Program-made: the position numbers and the translations under genes
Shown here: positions 28,199-36,605 of the stretch, one piece after another
Layout: every line of letters starts with the position of its first letter
How positions within the stretch are numbered: the first letter of the stretch is position 1
DNA from: Bacteroidales bacterium
Lineage (GTDB): Bacteria; Bacteroidota; Bacteroidia; Bacteroidales; UBA12077
Length of the DNA stretch: 36,605 nucleotides
Direction: 5' to 3'
NCBI GenBank assembly: GCA_028282585.1
Contig: JANQHR010000087.1
Coordinates: 1-36,605 of the forward strand
Notes under the pieces: model-generated
The model's input: the letters and a program-made list of their open reading frames with translations, nothing else
Database searches by the model: none
What the model was told of the DNA's origin: nothing

Positions 28199-29707
28199 TT
28201 ATTCGATTAACGTATCGTAATCCGTATCAAGTGATTCGTTTTTAATAAAATCATAAAGAGTAATCTTCCGAAGATTATAGAAATTTGACCAGTATTTTCG
28301 AAGAGCTGCTATGTAATTTATTTTAGCTGCATCTTTTTCTGATAAAGCAACATTTAAATCCAACACGTCAACCTTACCAATCAAAAAGCGTTGTTTTGTC
28401 ATATCATAGCGTTTCTGAGCAATGGTATCCGATTTAGCAGCAATCATTAATTGATCATCTTGTAAATTAAATTGCATAACATTTAGAAATACACTTTGTA
28501 CAAAATCAGTTCTTGCCTGTTCTACTGTTGTTTTAATAACTTCCTGACTTGACTGAGCCATTTTATATCTACCTCGCCCTAATCCCCAATCCAATATAGG
28601 TATTTCCAATCCTAATGTTAATGTTTGCTGATTTTGTGGATTTACATATACTTCAGAGAACTCTTCAGATTGTTGAGTATAACCGATACTTGCATACAAA
28701 TCAGCCTGTAATCCTTTTTCTGACCTGGCTCTTGACACATCACGCTCAGCCTCTATAAGTTGTCTTTCAAATGCTATAACATCAGGGTTATTCTGACGTG
28801 AAATTTCCAAGGCTTGCTCAACATTAACGGTTAATTCCGGAATCTCTCTTGGAATTATTAATTTCAAATTCACTTTTTCATTAAATCCCAAAAAAGATCT
28901 TAATTGAAATTTCTTAATTTCTAAATCAACCATTGATGAGTTCATCGATGATCCGGCATTTAATAAACTTAGTTCCATTTGCATCAACTCATTTTCTGCA
29001 ATAGTTCCAATATTATAACGACCCGTTGCTATCTGATACAAGGTATCAGCATTTGAATAATTGATTTGTGCAACCTGTAAATTTTGTTGTGCAAGTGCCA
29101 AATCAAAAAAGTAAGCTACTGCTTTTAAAGAAACATCCTCTAGTGCAGAGATATAAGTTTTCTTAGCTTCTTCATATTTTAATGGCTCTATTTTCTTTTG
29201 CCATTTATACTCGTTATAGAATAAAACCGGTTGCCTATATCCAATACTTATAGGGGTAGACAGATAAGAAGTGGATTTATTATCTCCGAAAACATCCAAT
29301 CTTGCCAGGTTAGATGTTGCGAATATCTGACCTCCGGTTAAACCAACATTTTGCCGGAGGTTTAATTGAGCTGATGTTGTATTTATATTATCTTCGACAT
29401 AAGTATAAGTACCGTCAGGATTTTGATACTTTTTAATTGCTCTGCTAAACTCAGGAAAAGAGGTTCCTAAAGTTAAATTTGGCCAATAATCTGCTTTAAA
29501 AGTTCTAAATTCCCAATAATTTGCCCGAAACTGGTGCTTTGCCATGATTGCATCGGGAGATTGTTCGCGAGCTAATTGAATAACTTCTTCAAAGGTCAAT
29601 TCCTCAATAATTTGCTCCTGACATAAAGCAGGAAAAGCAATAAAACTTATAATAAATACGATAAATATCTTAACTGAATTCATTGATTTTAGATTGAAAT
29701 TATTCAT
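28199..29707 (-). CDS. TolC family outer-membrane efflux protein
   Basis: Signal peptide; LTFEEVIQLA..SP; P.LTL; LEIPILDWG; helical repeats; adjacent to MacA/MacB-like genes. Confidence 0.92.
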   Translation of the reverse strand: MNNFNLKSMNSVKIFIVFIISFIAFPALCQEQIIEELTFEEVIQLAREQSPDAIMAKHQFRANYWEFRTFKADYWPNLTLGTSFPEFSRAIKKYQNPDGTYTYVEDNINTTSAQLNLRQNVGLTGGQIFATSNLARLDVFGDNKSTSYLSTPISIGYRQPVLFYNEYKWQKKIEPLKYEEAKKTYISALEDVSLKAVAYFFDLALAQQNLQVAQINYSNADTLYQIATGRYNIGTIAENELMQMELSLLNAGSSMNSSMVDLEIKKFQLRSFLGFNEKVNLKLIIPREIPELTVNVEQALEISRQNNPDVIAFERQLIEAERDVSRARSEKGLQADLYASIGYTQQSEEFSEVYVNPQNQQTLTLGLEIPILDWGLGRGRYKMAQSSQEVIKTTVEQARTDFVQSVFLNVMQFNLQDDQLMIAAKSDTIAQKRYDMTKQRFLIGKVDVLDLNVALSEKDAAKINYIAALRKYWSNFYNLRKITLYDFIKNESLDTDYDTLIE

Positions 29708-31061
29708 ATCGTAACGATTCTATCGGGTCCTTTTCTGCAGCTCGTTTAGCTGGTGAAATTCCAAATATAATTCCGATAATTGCGCTTACTCCGAATGCAA
29801 CAATGATTGATCCCGGGGAAATAATGGTAAGAATTCCGGTAAATTTCATAATTAATTTTGAAAAAACAACGCCTAATACTACTCCTATTAATCCGCCAGA
29901 AACACTTATAAGGATGGCTTCTGAGAGAAATTGGGCAATTATATCTGCTTTTTTTGCTCCCAACGCCAAGCGAATTCCGATTTCTTTTATTCTCTCCATA
30001 ACCGTTGCAAACATAATATTCATAATACCAATTCCTCCGACTATCAGAGAAATTCCGGCTATGGCTCCAAGCACAAAATTGAAAATATCCTTAGTTCTTT
30101 GTTGTTGTTTTAATAATAACTCCGGAACAGTAATTTCAAAATCCTTTACCTCCATATGACGGCGCATAAGCATTCTGCTTAATATCTCTGTTGTGGTTGT
30201 TAATTGTTCTGTTTCTTCAACTTGTACAATTATTTTATCTAATTGATGATAATTGGAACCGGAAGTTTCCCTTCCTCCTGAAAACGAAAAAAACCAACCA
30301 CCCCAGCCTGAGCTACCACCACTCAAACTTTTGGAATTTACTAAAGCTCTGTTTTGATATCGTAACAACATAGTTTGAACCGGGATATAAACATTATCGT
30401 TAACAACATTTACTCCGGCATTATCAGCGGCTGAAAGGCTTACATTTGTTTTTTCTATAACTCCGATTACCTTCAACCAAACATGTCCAAACTTAAGGTA
30501 CTGATTTATGGGATCAACATCACTAAAAACCTTTGAGCTAATATTTGCTCCGATTACACAAACCGGAATTCCGTTATCAGCTTGATAATCGTTAAAAAAC
30601 TGCCCTTTTTCCAGGCTAACATTATATAAATCAAAGTAGTCGTTATCAACACCAATTACTTTGGCAGCGACTCTTCTACCATTTTGTACCACAAAAGATT
30701 TGGCTACTATTTCAGGCGTAATTTTCTTTACTGAAGGAATGATATCTTTAATTGCCTGAAGATCTTTCATGGTTAATCCCGGAGAAAATTTCTCCTGCTT
30801 GCCATTTCCGCTTTCTGATGTTTCTTCGCCATTTTCTCCGCTCCCTGTTAGATCTTGAATGGGAGTAATAACTATGTTGTTTACTCCAACCATTTTGATT
30901 TGATCTAAAATCTCCTGCTGCGCTCCATTCCCAATAGCTAACATACTAATAACTGCTGCCGTACCAAAAATAATACCCAGCGCGGTTAAAATCGATTTAA
31001 GCTTATTCCCAACTAACGATTCAATAGCTATCTCTATGTCGTGAAAGTATCTTCTTAACAT
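29700..31061 (-). CDS. MacB/FtsX-family ABC permease (no fused ATPase)
   Basis: LTALGIIFGTAAVI, VGGIGIMNIM, ERIKEIGIRLALGA, PIESLRYE. Confidence 0.93.
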   Translation of the reverse strand: MLRRYFHDIEIAIESLVGNKLKSILTALGIIFGTAAVISMLAIGNGAQQEILDQIKMVGVNNIVITPIQDLTGSGENGEETSESGNGKQEKFSPGLTMKDLQAIKDIIPSVKKITPEIVAKSFVVQNGRRVAAKVIGVDNDYFDLYNVSLEKGQFFNDYQADNGIPVCVIGANISSKVFSDVDPINQYLKFGHVWLKVIGVIEKTNVSLSAADNAGVNVVNDNVYIPVQTMLLRYQNRALVNSKSLSGGSSGWGGWFFSFSGGRETSGSNYHQLDKIIVQVEETEQLTTTTEILSRMLMRRHMEVKDFEITVPELLLKQQQRTKDIFNFVLGAIAGISLIVGGIGIMNIMFATVMERIKEIGIRLALGAKKADIIAQFLSEAILISVSGGLIGVVLGVVFSKLIMKFTGILTIISPGSIIVAFGVSAIIGIIFGISPAKRAAEKDPIESLRYE

Positions 31062-31069
31062 AATAAACT

Positions 31070-32449
31070 TTAATTAGAACCCGGTCCTCCTCTTTTCCTG
31101 TCCGGCCTTTCAAATTCCTTGTCTTTTTTGCTCTGTTCTTGTTCTTCAACTCTTTTCTTTTCCGCTAATTTCTTTTGTGCTTCGCGTTCTTTTATTATAG
31201 CAATCAATTCTTCACCTGATAATTTAAATCTATCTGCATTTTCGGGAACAGATAAATAAATCTCTTCTCCTTCTTCCAATCCTTGCTCTACAATCATGTG
31301 GTTTTCATTTGTTTCTCCGGGAACAATAATTTGTTTTCTCCCATTCTTAACGTATACAAAACTTAAACTATCTTCATTATGAACCGCCTCTAAAGGGATA
31401 AACAAAACATCATCATAAACATTAGTTATGATCTGGTTACTGGTTGTCATTGCCGGGCGCATAATGCTATCCGATTGATCAACACGAATTAATACTTCGA
31501 ATACTTTAGCATCGGTATTTTGCAATTGTTCCCCAATATTTGCAACCACATTAACTTCACCGGTATATTTCTTTTCCGGGAAAGCATCTATTCCCAAGCG
31601 AACTTTTTGTCCACTTTTTACTTTACTAATATCAATTTCGTTTACATAAGTCTTTGAATTCATTTCCGAAAGATCGGGCAGTGTTGCAACAGCCAAATCC
31701 CATGGACTTATTGTTGAACCAACTTTTCTTTTCTGACCACTCCATTCTTTTTTATATATAACCATACCTCCTTGTGGTGCATAAATGGTAAATTTATCTA
31801 TAACCGATTTAATCTTTATTACTTTTCGTTTATGCTGACTCAGATTAATCGAATCCTGACGCATACTTGCCTCAGCTTGTTGAACCTTTAATGAATAGTT
31901 ATCCCTGGCCTGATCATATGAACGCTGCGCTCTTTCTAAATCGATCTTTGCCTGACGGATGGTAGCTGGTGGCTCAAATTTACTTTGATCCAATACAATC
32001 TGCTTTTCTTCGACAGTAAATTCTAAGTTCACTAACTGATCTCGTAGCTCTCGTAGCTGCATTGCCGTATCAAGCCGGGTTTTTAGAAGCTGGGATTCAG
32101 CCGATTCAACCTCGTCTTCCAGGTCTTTCTGGTTAGTACTTAATTCCGTTTTATCAAGTGTACCTACATAATCTCCTGAATCAACTACCGTTCCCTCCGG
32201 CACTAAATCCTGAATTTTTATTTCGCGTATTCTTAGTTCACGACTATTGCGCAATTCAGAGGGACCCATGATATCAACTGAACTTATGGCCTGTAATTCA
32301 CCGGTTACAGTAACCAGAATTTCAAACTCTCCTTTTTCAACCTTAACAGTTAATTCTTTTAGCGTATCCCCTTGGCCTGGTCTGAAAATCAAGAATAAAA
32401 TAATTACAGTTGCAACAGTTGAAATTATTAATAAATGCTTTCTCTTCAT
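31070..32449 (-). CDS. Periplasmic adaptor (MacA/HlyD-like membrane fusion protein)
   Basis: N-terminal anchor, lipoyl halves VPEGTVVDSGD / IYAPQGG, coiled coil, VNEIDISKVKSGQ, MRPAMT. Confidence 0.9.
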   Translation of the reverse strand: MKRKHLLIISTVATVIILFLIFRPGQGDTLKELTVKVEKGEFEILVTVTGELQAISSVDIMGPSELRNSRELRIREIKIQDLVPEGTVVDSGDYVGTLDKTELSTNQKDLEDEVESAESQLLKTRLDTAMQLRELRDQLVNLEFTVEEKQIVLDQSKFEPPATIRQAKIDLERAQRSYDQARDNYSLKVQQAEASMRQDSINLSQHKRKVIKIKSVIDKFTIYAPQGGMVIYKKEWSGQKRKVGSTISPWDLAVATLPDLSEMNSKTYVNEIDISKVKSGQKVRLGIDAFPEKKYTGEVNVVANIGEQLQNTDAKVFEVLIRVDQSDSIMRPAMTTSNQIITNVYDDVLFIPLEAVHNEDSLSFVYVKNGRKQIIVPGETNENHMIVEQGLEEGEEIYLSVPENADRFKLSGEELIAIIKEREAQKKLAEKKRVEEQEQSKKDKEFERPDRKRGGPGSN

Positions 32450-32452
32450 CTT

Positions 32453-33838
32453 TTATAATAATGACTTTATCTCGTTTATAATTCTATCGGCAAGCTCATT
32501 TGCACTATTTTCATCTTTGCTTTCCGCGTATATTCTTATGATAGGTTCAGTATTTGATTTTCTTAAATGTACCCAACCGTTTTCAAAATCAATTTTAACA
32601 CCATCTATATCATTAATTTCTTCATTCTTAAACTTAATTTTTATCCTGTTTAGTATACCATCGACATCTAAATCGGGAGTAAGTTTCATTTTTTTCTTTG
32701 CAATCACATATTCAGGATACTGCGAGCGTAAATCAGAGCAAGGCTTTCCTGTTTTTGCTAAATGAGTCAAAAACAATGCTATTCCAACCAAAGCATCGCG
32801 TCCATAATGCAAGTCAGGATATATTACTCCTCCATTTCCTTCTCCGCCAATTACGGCTTTGTTTGATTTCATCATTTCAACAACGTTTACTTCTCCAACA
32901 GCAGAAGAAAAATATTTGCCGCCATAATTTAGCGTAACATCTTTTAATGCTCTGGAAGATGATAAATTCGAAACCGTATTACCCTTTTTATTTTTAAGGA
33001 TATAATCGGAAACAGCTACCAATGTGTATTCTTCCCCAAACATAGTTCCATCCTCATTAATAATAGCCAAACGATCAACATCAGGATCAACTACAAAACC
33101 TAAATGAGCGTTACTTTCCTTAACTAATTTTGATATTTCGGTTAAATGTTCAGCTAAAGGTTCCGGATTATGAGGAAAAACACCATTTGGTTCGCAATAT
33201 AACTCTACAACTTCTTTTACTCCCAAAGCTTTAAGTAATGATGGAATTGCTATTCCTCCAACCGAGTTTACCCCATCCACAACAATTTTTAAATTGGCTG
33301 ACTTAATTGCATCAACATCTACTAATGGTAAAGCGATAATTTGTTTTATATGAATATCCAGGTAATCATTTCTTTCAGATACATTTCCTAAAGCATCAAC
33401 TTCAGCATAATTGAAATCTTCTTTTTCGGCTATCTCAAGAATTTTTGCTCCTTCGTGTGCAGATAAAAATTCACCCTTTTCGTTTAATAATTTCAATGCA
33501 TTCCATTGTTTCGGATTATGACTTGCCGTTAAAATAATTCCTCCATGCGCATTCTCTGCGGGAACAGCAATTTCGGTTGTTGGAGTTGTTGCCAAACCTA
33601 TATTTAACACATCAATCCCCATTCCCATTAATGTACCAATTACAATTTGACTCACCATCTCTCCGGAAATCCTGGCATCTCGTCCTACAACAACTTTAAC
33701 CTTTTTTTCGCTTGATCTGTCCTTAACCCATTGGCCATAAGCTGACACAAACTTTACAGTATCCAATGGACTTAATCCATCACCGGCCTTTCCGCCGATT
33801 GTTCCTCTAATTCCTGAGATTGATTTTATTAATGTCAT
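32453..33838 (-). CDS. glmM: Phosphoglucosamine mutase
   Basis: SISGIRG, GRDAR, TASHNP, DPDVDR, GGEGNGG, RKSNTEP. Confidence 0.9.
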   Translation of the reverse strand: MTLIKSISGIRGTIGGKAGDGLSPLDTVKFVSAYGQWVKDRSSEKKVKVVVGRDARISGEMVSQIVIGTLMGMGIDVLNIGLATTPTTEIAVPAENAHGGIILTASHNPKQWNALKLLNEKGEFLSAHEGAKILEIAEKEDFNYAEVDALGNVSERNDYLDIHIKQIIALPLVDVDAIKSANLKIVVDGVNSVGGIAIPSLLKALGVKEVVELYCEPNGVFPHNPEPLAEHLTEISKLVKESNAHLGFVVDPDVDRLAIINEDGTMFGEEYTLVAVSDYILKNKKGNTVSNLSSSRALKDVTLNYGGKYFSSAVGEVNVVEMMKSNKAVIGGEGNGGVIYPDLHYGRDALVGIALFLTHLAKTGKPCSDLRSQYPEYVIAKKKMKLTPDLDVDGILNRIKIKFKNEEINDIDGVKIDFENGWVHLRKSNTEPIIRIYAESKDENSANELADRIINEIKSLL

Positions 33839-34118
33839 AATACTAAAACTTTATTTATAAAAAATTAATTACAAGGCTTAACCCTTGAACCGTAAGCGGT
33901 TCGGCATCAAACAAAAAATTGTGTTTGAAATGAAAAATTTGCAATTTTTCCAGATAAAAATTCGAATAAAGATAGGTAAATAGCATAACTTGTAACAAAT
34001 TTTAATAGATTTTAACACTATTGATTAGAAATTCATTTTAATTGGACAAAAAGGATAAATTAATATACTAACTTTGCGTGCTATCAGCAATGAAATTAAC
34101 ATAAAGCAAATCAACAAA

Positions 34119-34949
34119 ATGGAGAGAGAGAACAGGCGAAGCAGAAAACCGGAAGATTCAAAAAGAAGATCTACATTTAAAAAAGATAAAAACGATAAAG
34201 GAGACTCGAGAAAGAGAGTTTCAAAATGGAACGAACCTTTACGCTTAAATAAATACCTGGCAAACTCTGGTATTTGTTCACGTCGGGAAGCGGATGAATT
34301 AATAAAGGCAGGAGATGTTTCTGTAAACGGAAAAATAATTACCGAGTTAGGAGTAAAAGTTTCTCCAAAAGATGATGTAAGATATAAGGGTAAAAAAATT
34401 ACCCGAGAAAAAAAGGTATACATGCTTCTAAATAAACCTAAGGATTATGTAACAACTGTTAAAGATAAATACGCAGAAAAGACTGTGATTGATATTGTAA
34501 AACATGCCTGTCCGGAAAGAGTATATCCTGTTGGCAGGTTAGATAAAAATACAACAGGAGTATTGCTTTTAACCAATGATGGTGAATTAACCAAACAACT
34601 TACACATCCGAGTTTTCAAAAAAAGAAAATATATCATGTTGAATTAGATAAAGATTTAACAAAAGTTGATATGCTAAAAATCATTGAGGGTTTGCAGCTT
34701 GAGGAAGATTATATTGAGGTTGATGCGATCAGTTATGTAAATGAAGAAAATAAAACGCAGGTAGGTATTGAAATTCATTCGGGACAAAATCGAATTATCC
34801 GCAGGATATTTGAATTTTTGGGTTATAAAGTAAGAAAACTAGACAGAGTATACTTTGCAGGACTTACCAAAAAGAATCTGCCACGAGGAAAATGGAGATT
34901 TTTAACTCCCCAGGAGATTTCGATCTTAAAAAGAAAATCATTTAAATAG
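34119..34949 (+). CDS. rRNA pseudouridine synthase (RsuA/RluB family) with S4 domain
   Basis: RLNKYLANSGICSRREAD, LNKPK, PVGRLD, GLLL-like GVLLLTNDG, GQNRIIRR. ATG 34119 preferred since TAACTTTG overlaps the TTG at 34074. Confidence 0.95.
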   Translation: MERENRRSRKPEDSKRRSTFKKDKNDKGDSRKRVSKWNEPLRLNKYLANSGICSRREADELIKAGDVSVNGKIITELGVKVSPKDDVRYKGKKITREKKVYMLLNKPKDYVTTVKDKYAEKTVIDIVKHACPERVYPVGRLDKNTTGVLLLTNDGELTKQLTHPSFQKKKIYHVELDKDLTKVDMLKIIEGLQLEEDYIEVDAISYVNEENKTQVGIEIHSGQNRIIRRIFEFLGYKVRKLDRVYFAGLTKKNLPRGKWRFLTPQEISILKRKSFK

Positions 34950-35050
34950 CCTCAATAAAAAACGCCCATAATTTCGTTACTCTTGTCGATTTTTGACCGG
35001 AGGCTAAGTTTTCTTGCAAGCACTAAATAACTTAAGTATATTCGCTGTTA

Positions 35051-36394
35051 ATGATTAGAAACTTGTTTGTTATTTCCATTTTGTTATTGATCATTTCAAT
35101 TAAGGTAAAAGCTCAAAACCAGAATGATTCAATCGTAACTGTCTCGCAAGATAGTATTCTGCAATTTTCCGAAGTAAAATCAGCCTTACGACTAATTGAT
35201 AGCGTTAAAAATGCAGAACAACAAAAAAAAGATGAAAAAAGGTTTGATCTTATTGTTAACCGGAGCATTAATACCAGGTATTTTAGCTTACCAATAAATA
35301 AAATCCTTGACTATAATAATTTTGAAGGGATCAGGCTGGGATTCGGCTTGATAACCAACAGTAATATTTCCGAATATTTTTCTATTGAAGGATATTTTGG
35401 TTATGGTTTTAAAGATGAAAATTGGAAATATGGCAGCGGTTTATCCTTGTACCTTCATGAGAAAACCGAAAGCAAGCTGCATTTTAGTTACATGAATGAT
35501 GTTACTGAAAAAGCAGGATATAACTTTTTTGAGAAAAGAGACATTACTTCAACCGAGATTTATCGAAAATTCCTGGTTGATAAAATGGATCTGGTTGAAA
35601 AATACCAGGTTTCATTTAGTTTTTTAAGTTTTTCATATTTAAGATCCAACGCGTTTATAAACAAATCTGTCATTACCGATACCGATAATTACTATTATGG
35701 TGCTTCACTTATTGACGCAACAAATAATTTTGTATTCTCTGAAATTGGTTTGCAATTCAGGTATGCATACAATGAAAGATTTATACGATCTGAAAGAAAT
35801 ACTTATGTTCCGGTTACGAATTATCCGATTTTAATGGCTAATATAATTAAGGGAACAAATTGGTTTGATGCGGAATATGAATATACCAAATACGAAGCAA
35901 AAATTACCCAAACATTTTACCTGCAGTCGCTTGGAAAAACTAAACTTGCATTGGTAGGCGGATTAGTTGATGGCAAAGTTCCATTAAATAAACTATATAA
36001 TGGACATGGAAGCTATCAACCATTTAGTATTGAGAGTGAAAATAGTTTTGGAACCATGCGAATGGGAGAATTTTATTCGGACAAATTCCTTTCAGTTTTC
36101 TTTAAACATAATTTTGGAAACCTGTTTGTGAGCACCAATATATTTAAACCAACTTTTGCTGTTGTAAATAATTTTGGAATTGGAGAACTATCGGAAAATA
36201 CTTACCACCAAGCAAATGAACCTATCCAATCTATTGAAAAGGGTTATTATGAATGTGGGTTGTTAATAAATAACATTCTTAACCAATCCTTTTTAGGATA
36301 TGGCTTTGGCTTGTTTTACCGTTATGGGCCTTATGCTTTTGATAAAAAAGCTGATAACTTTTCTTATAAACTAAGTTTGACGATTGAGCTGTAG
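35051..36394 (+). CDS. DUF5686-like outer-membrane beta-barrel protein, short form
   Basis: Signal peptide; YNNFEGIRLG, GYFGYGFKDENWKYG, F.TM..GEF.SD, KGYYECG..INNI, G.G.FYRYGPY; amphipathic C-terminal strand. Confidence 0.75.
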   Translation: MIRNLFVISILLLIISIKVKAQNQNDSIVTVSQDSILQFSEVKSALRLIDSVKNAEQQKKDEKRFDLIVNRSINTRYFSLPINKILDYNNFEGIRLGFGLITNSNISEYFSIEGYFGYGFKDENWKYGSGLSLYLHEKTESKLHFSYMNDVTEKAGYNFFEKRDITSTEIYRKFLVDKMDLVEKYQVSFSFLSFSYLRSNAFINKSVITDTDNYYYGASLIDATNNFVFSEIGLQFRYAYNERFIRSERNTYVPVTNYPILMANIIKGTNWFDAEYEYTKYEAKITQTFYLQSLGKTKLALVGGLVDGKVPLNKLYNGHGSYQPFSIESENSFGTMRMGEFYSDKFLSVFFKHNFGNLFVSTNIFKPTFAVVNNFGIGELSENTYHQANEPIQSIEKGYYECGLLINNILNQSFLGYGFGLFYRYGPYAFDKKADNFSYKLSLTIEL

Positions 36395-36408
36395 GTTTTG
36401 ATAACTTA

Positions 36409-36470
36409 CCACCCGGACAACATGCCTGTCTGTTCTCTTTTGGCAAATATATCGACAGACAGGTCCAGGC
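36409..36470. repeat. Nested REP-like palindromes
   Basis: Inner CCTGTCTGT (36425-36433) ... ACAGACAGG (36455-36463), inside outer CCACCCGGAC ... GTCCAGGC. Confidence 0.55.
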
Positions 36471-36555
36471 GAGCGGGATTTAATACTACAAAATACAGGC
36501 ATAAAAAAGGGGGTGTCCAAAAAGTACAATAGTTGAATTTTGTTCGTATTTTTTA

Positions 36556-36593
36556 CTTTGAGTAACTTTGTGTCTTCTTTGTGATTCTCTGTG
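36556..36593 (+). repeat. Heptamer array CTYTGWG x4 at 10-11 nt period
   Basis: CTTTGAG-TAA-CTTTGTG-TCTT-CTTTGTG-ATT-CTCTGTG. Confidence 0.55.
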
Positions 36594-36605
36594 CAACAGC
36601 CTTTT

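Overview
AT-rich chromosomal window from a Bacteroidota (probably Bacteroidales/Marinilabiliales-like) bacterium, judged from TAnnTTTG promoter motifs, fused secDF and the gene families present. Left: 3' end of an ISL3-family transposase, tRNA-Phe, M16 peptidase, O-methyltransferase, an exported hypothetical protein, ROK kinase, fabH and an M28 peptidase. Centre (~7.75-16.66 kb): an accessory, partly decayed block next to tRNA-Leu/tRNA-Gly, bounded by a degenerate direct repeat. It holds a collapsed sensor-kinase pseudogene, an orphan LytTR regulator, OsmC, a Cys-rich DUF3795-like protein, a Crp/Fnr regulator, two divergent His-bearing 4-TM paralogs, a lipoprotein, and S41 and M3-like peptidases. 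Right: housekeeping genes (mutS, saccharopine dehydrogenase, tRNA m6A37 methyltransferase, TIGR02757, LolD-like ATPase, Ca/Na antiporter, tatA, secDF, TolC/MacB/MacA-like, glmM, pseudouridine synthase, DUF5686-like OMP). The strongest unexplained signal is five TTGAY-N4-RTCAA palindromes in the accessory block, each exactly 23 nt upstream of a Bacteroidota -7-like element, outlining a putative local Crp/Fnr regulon with a redox flavour. All family calls are by motif recognition; no database searches were run.
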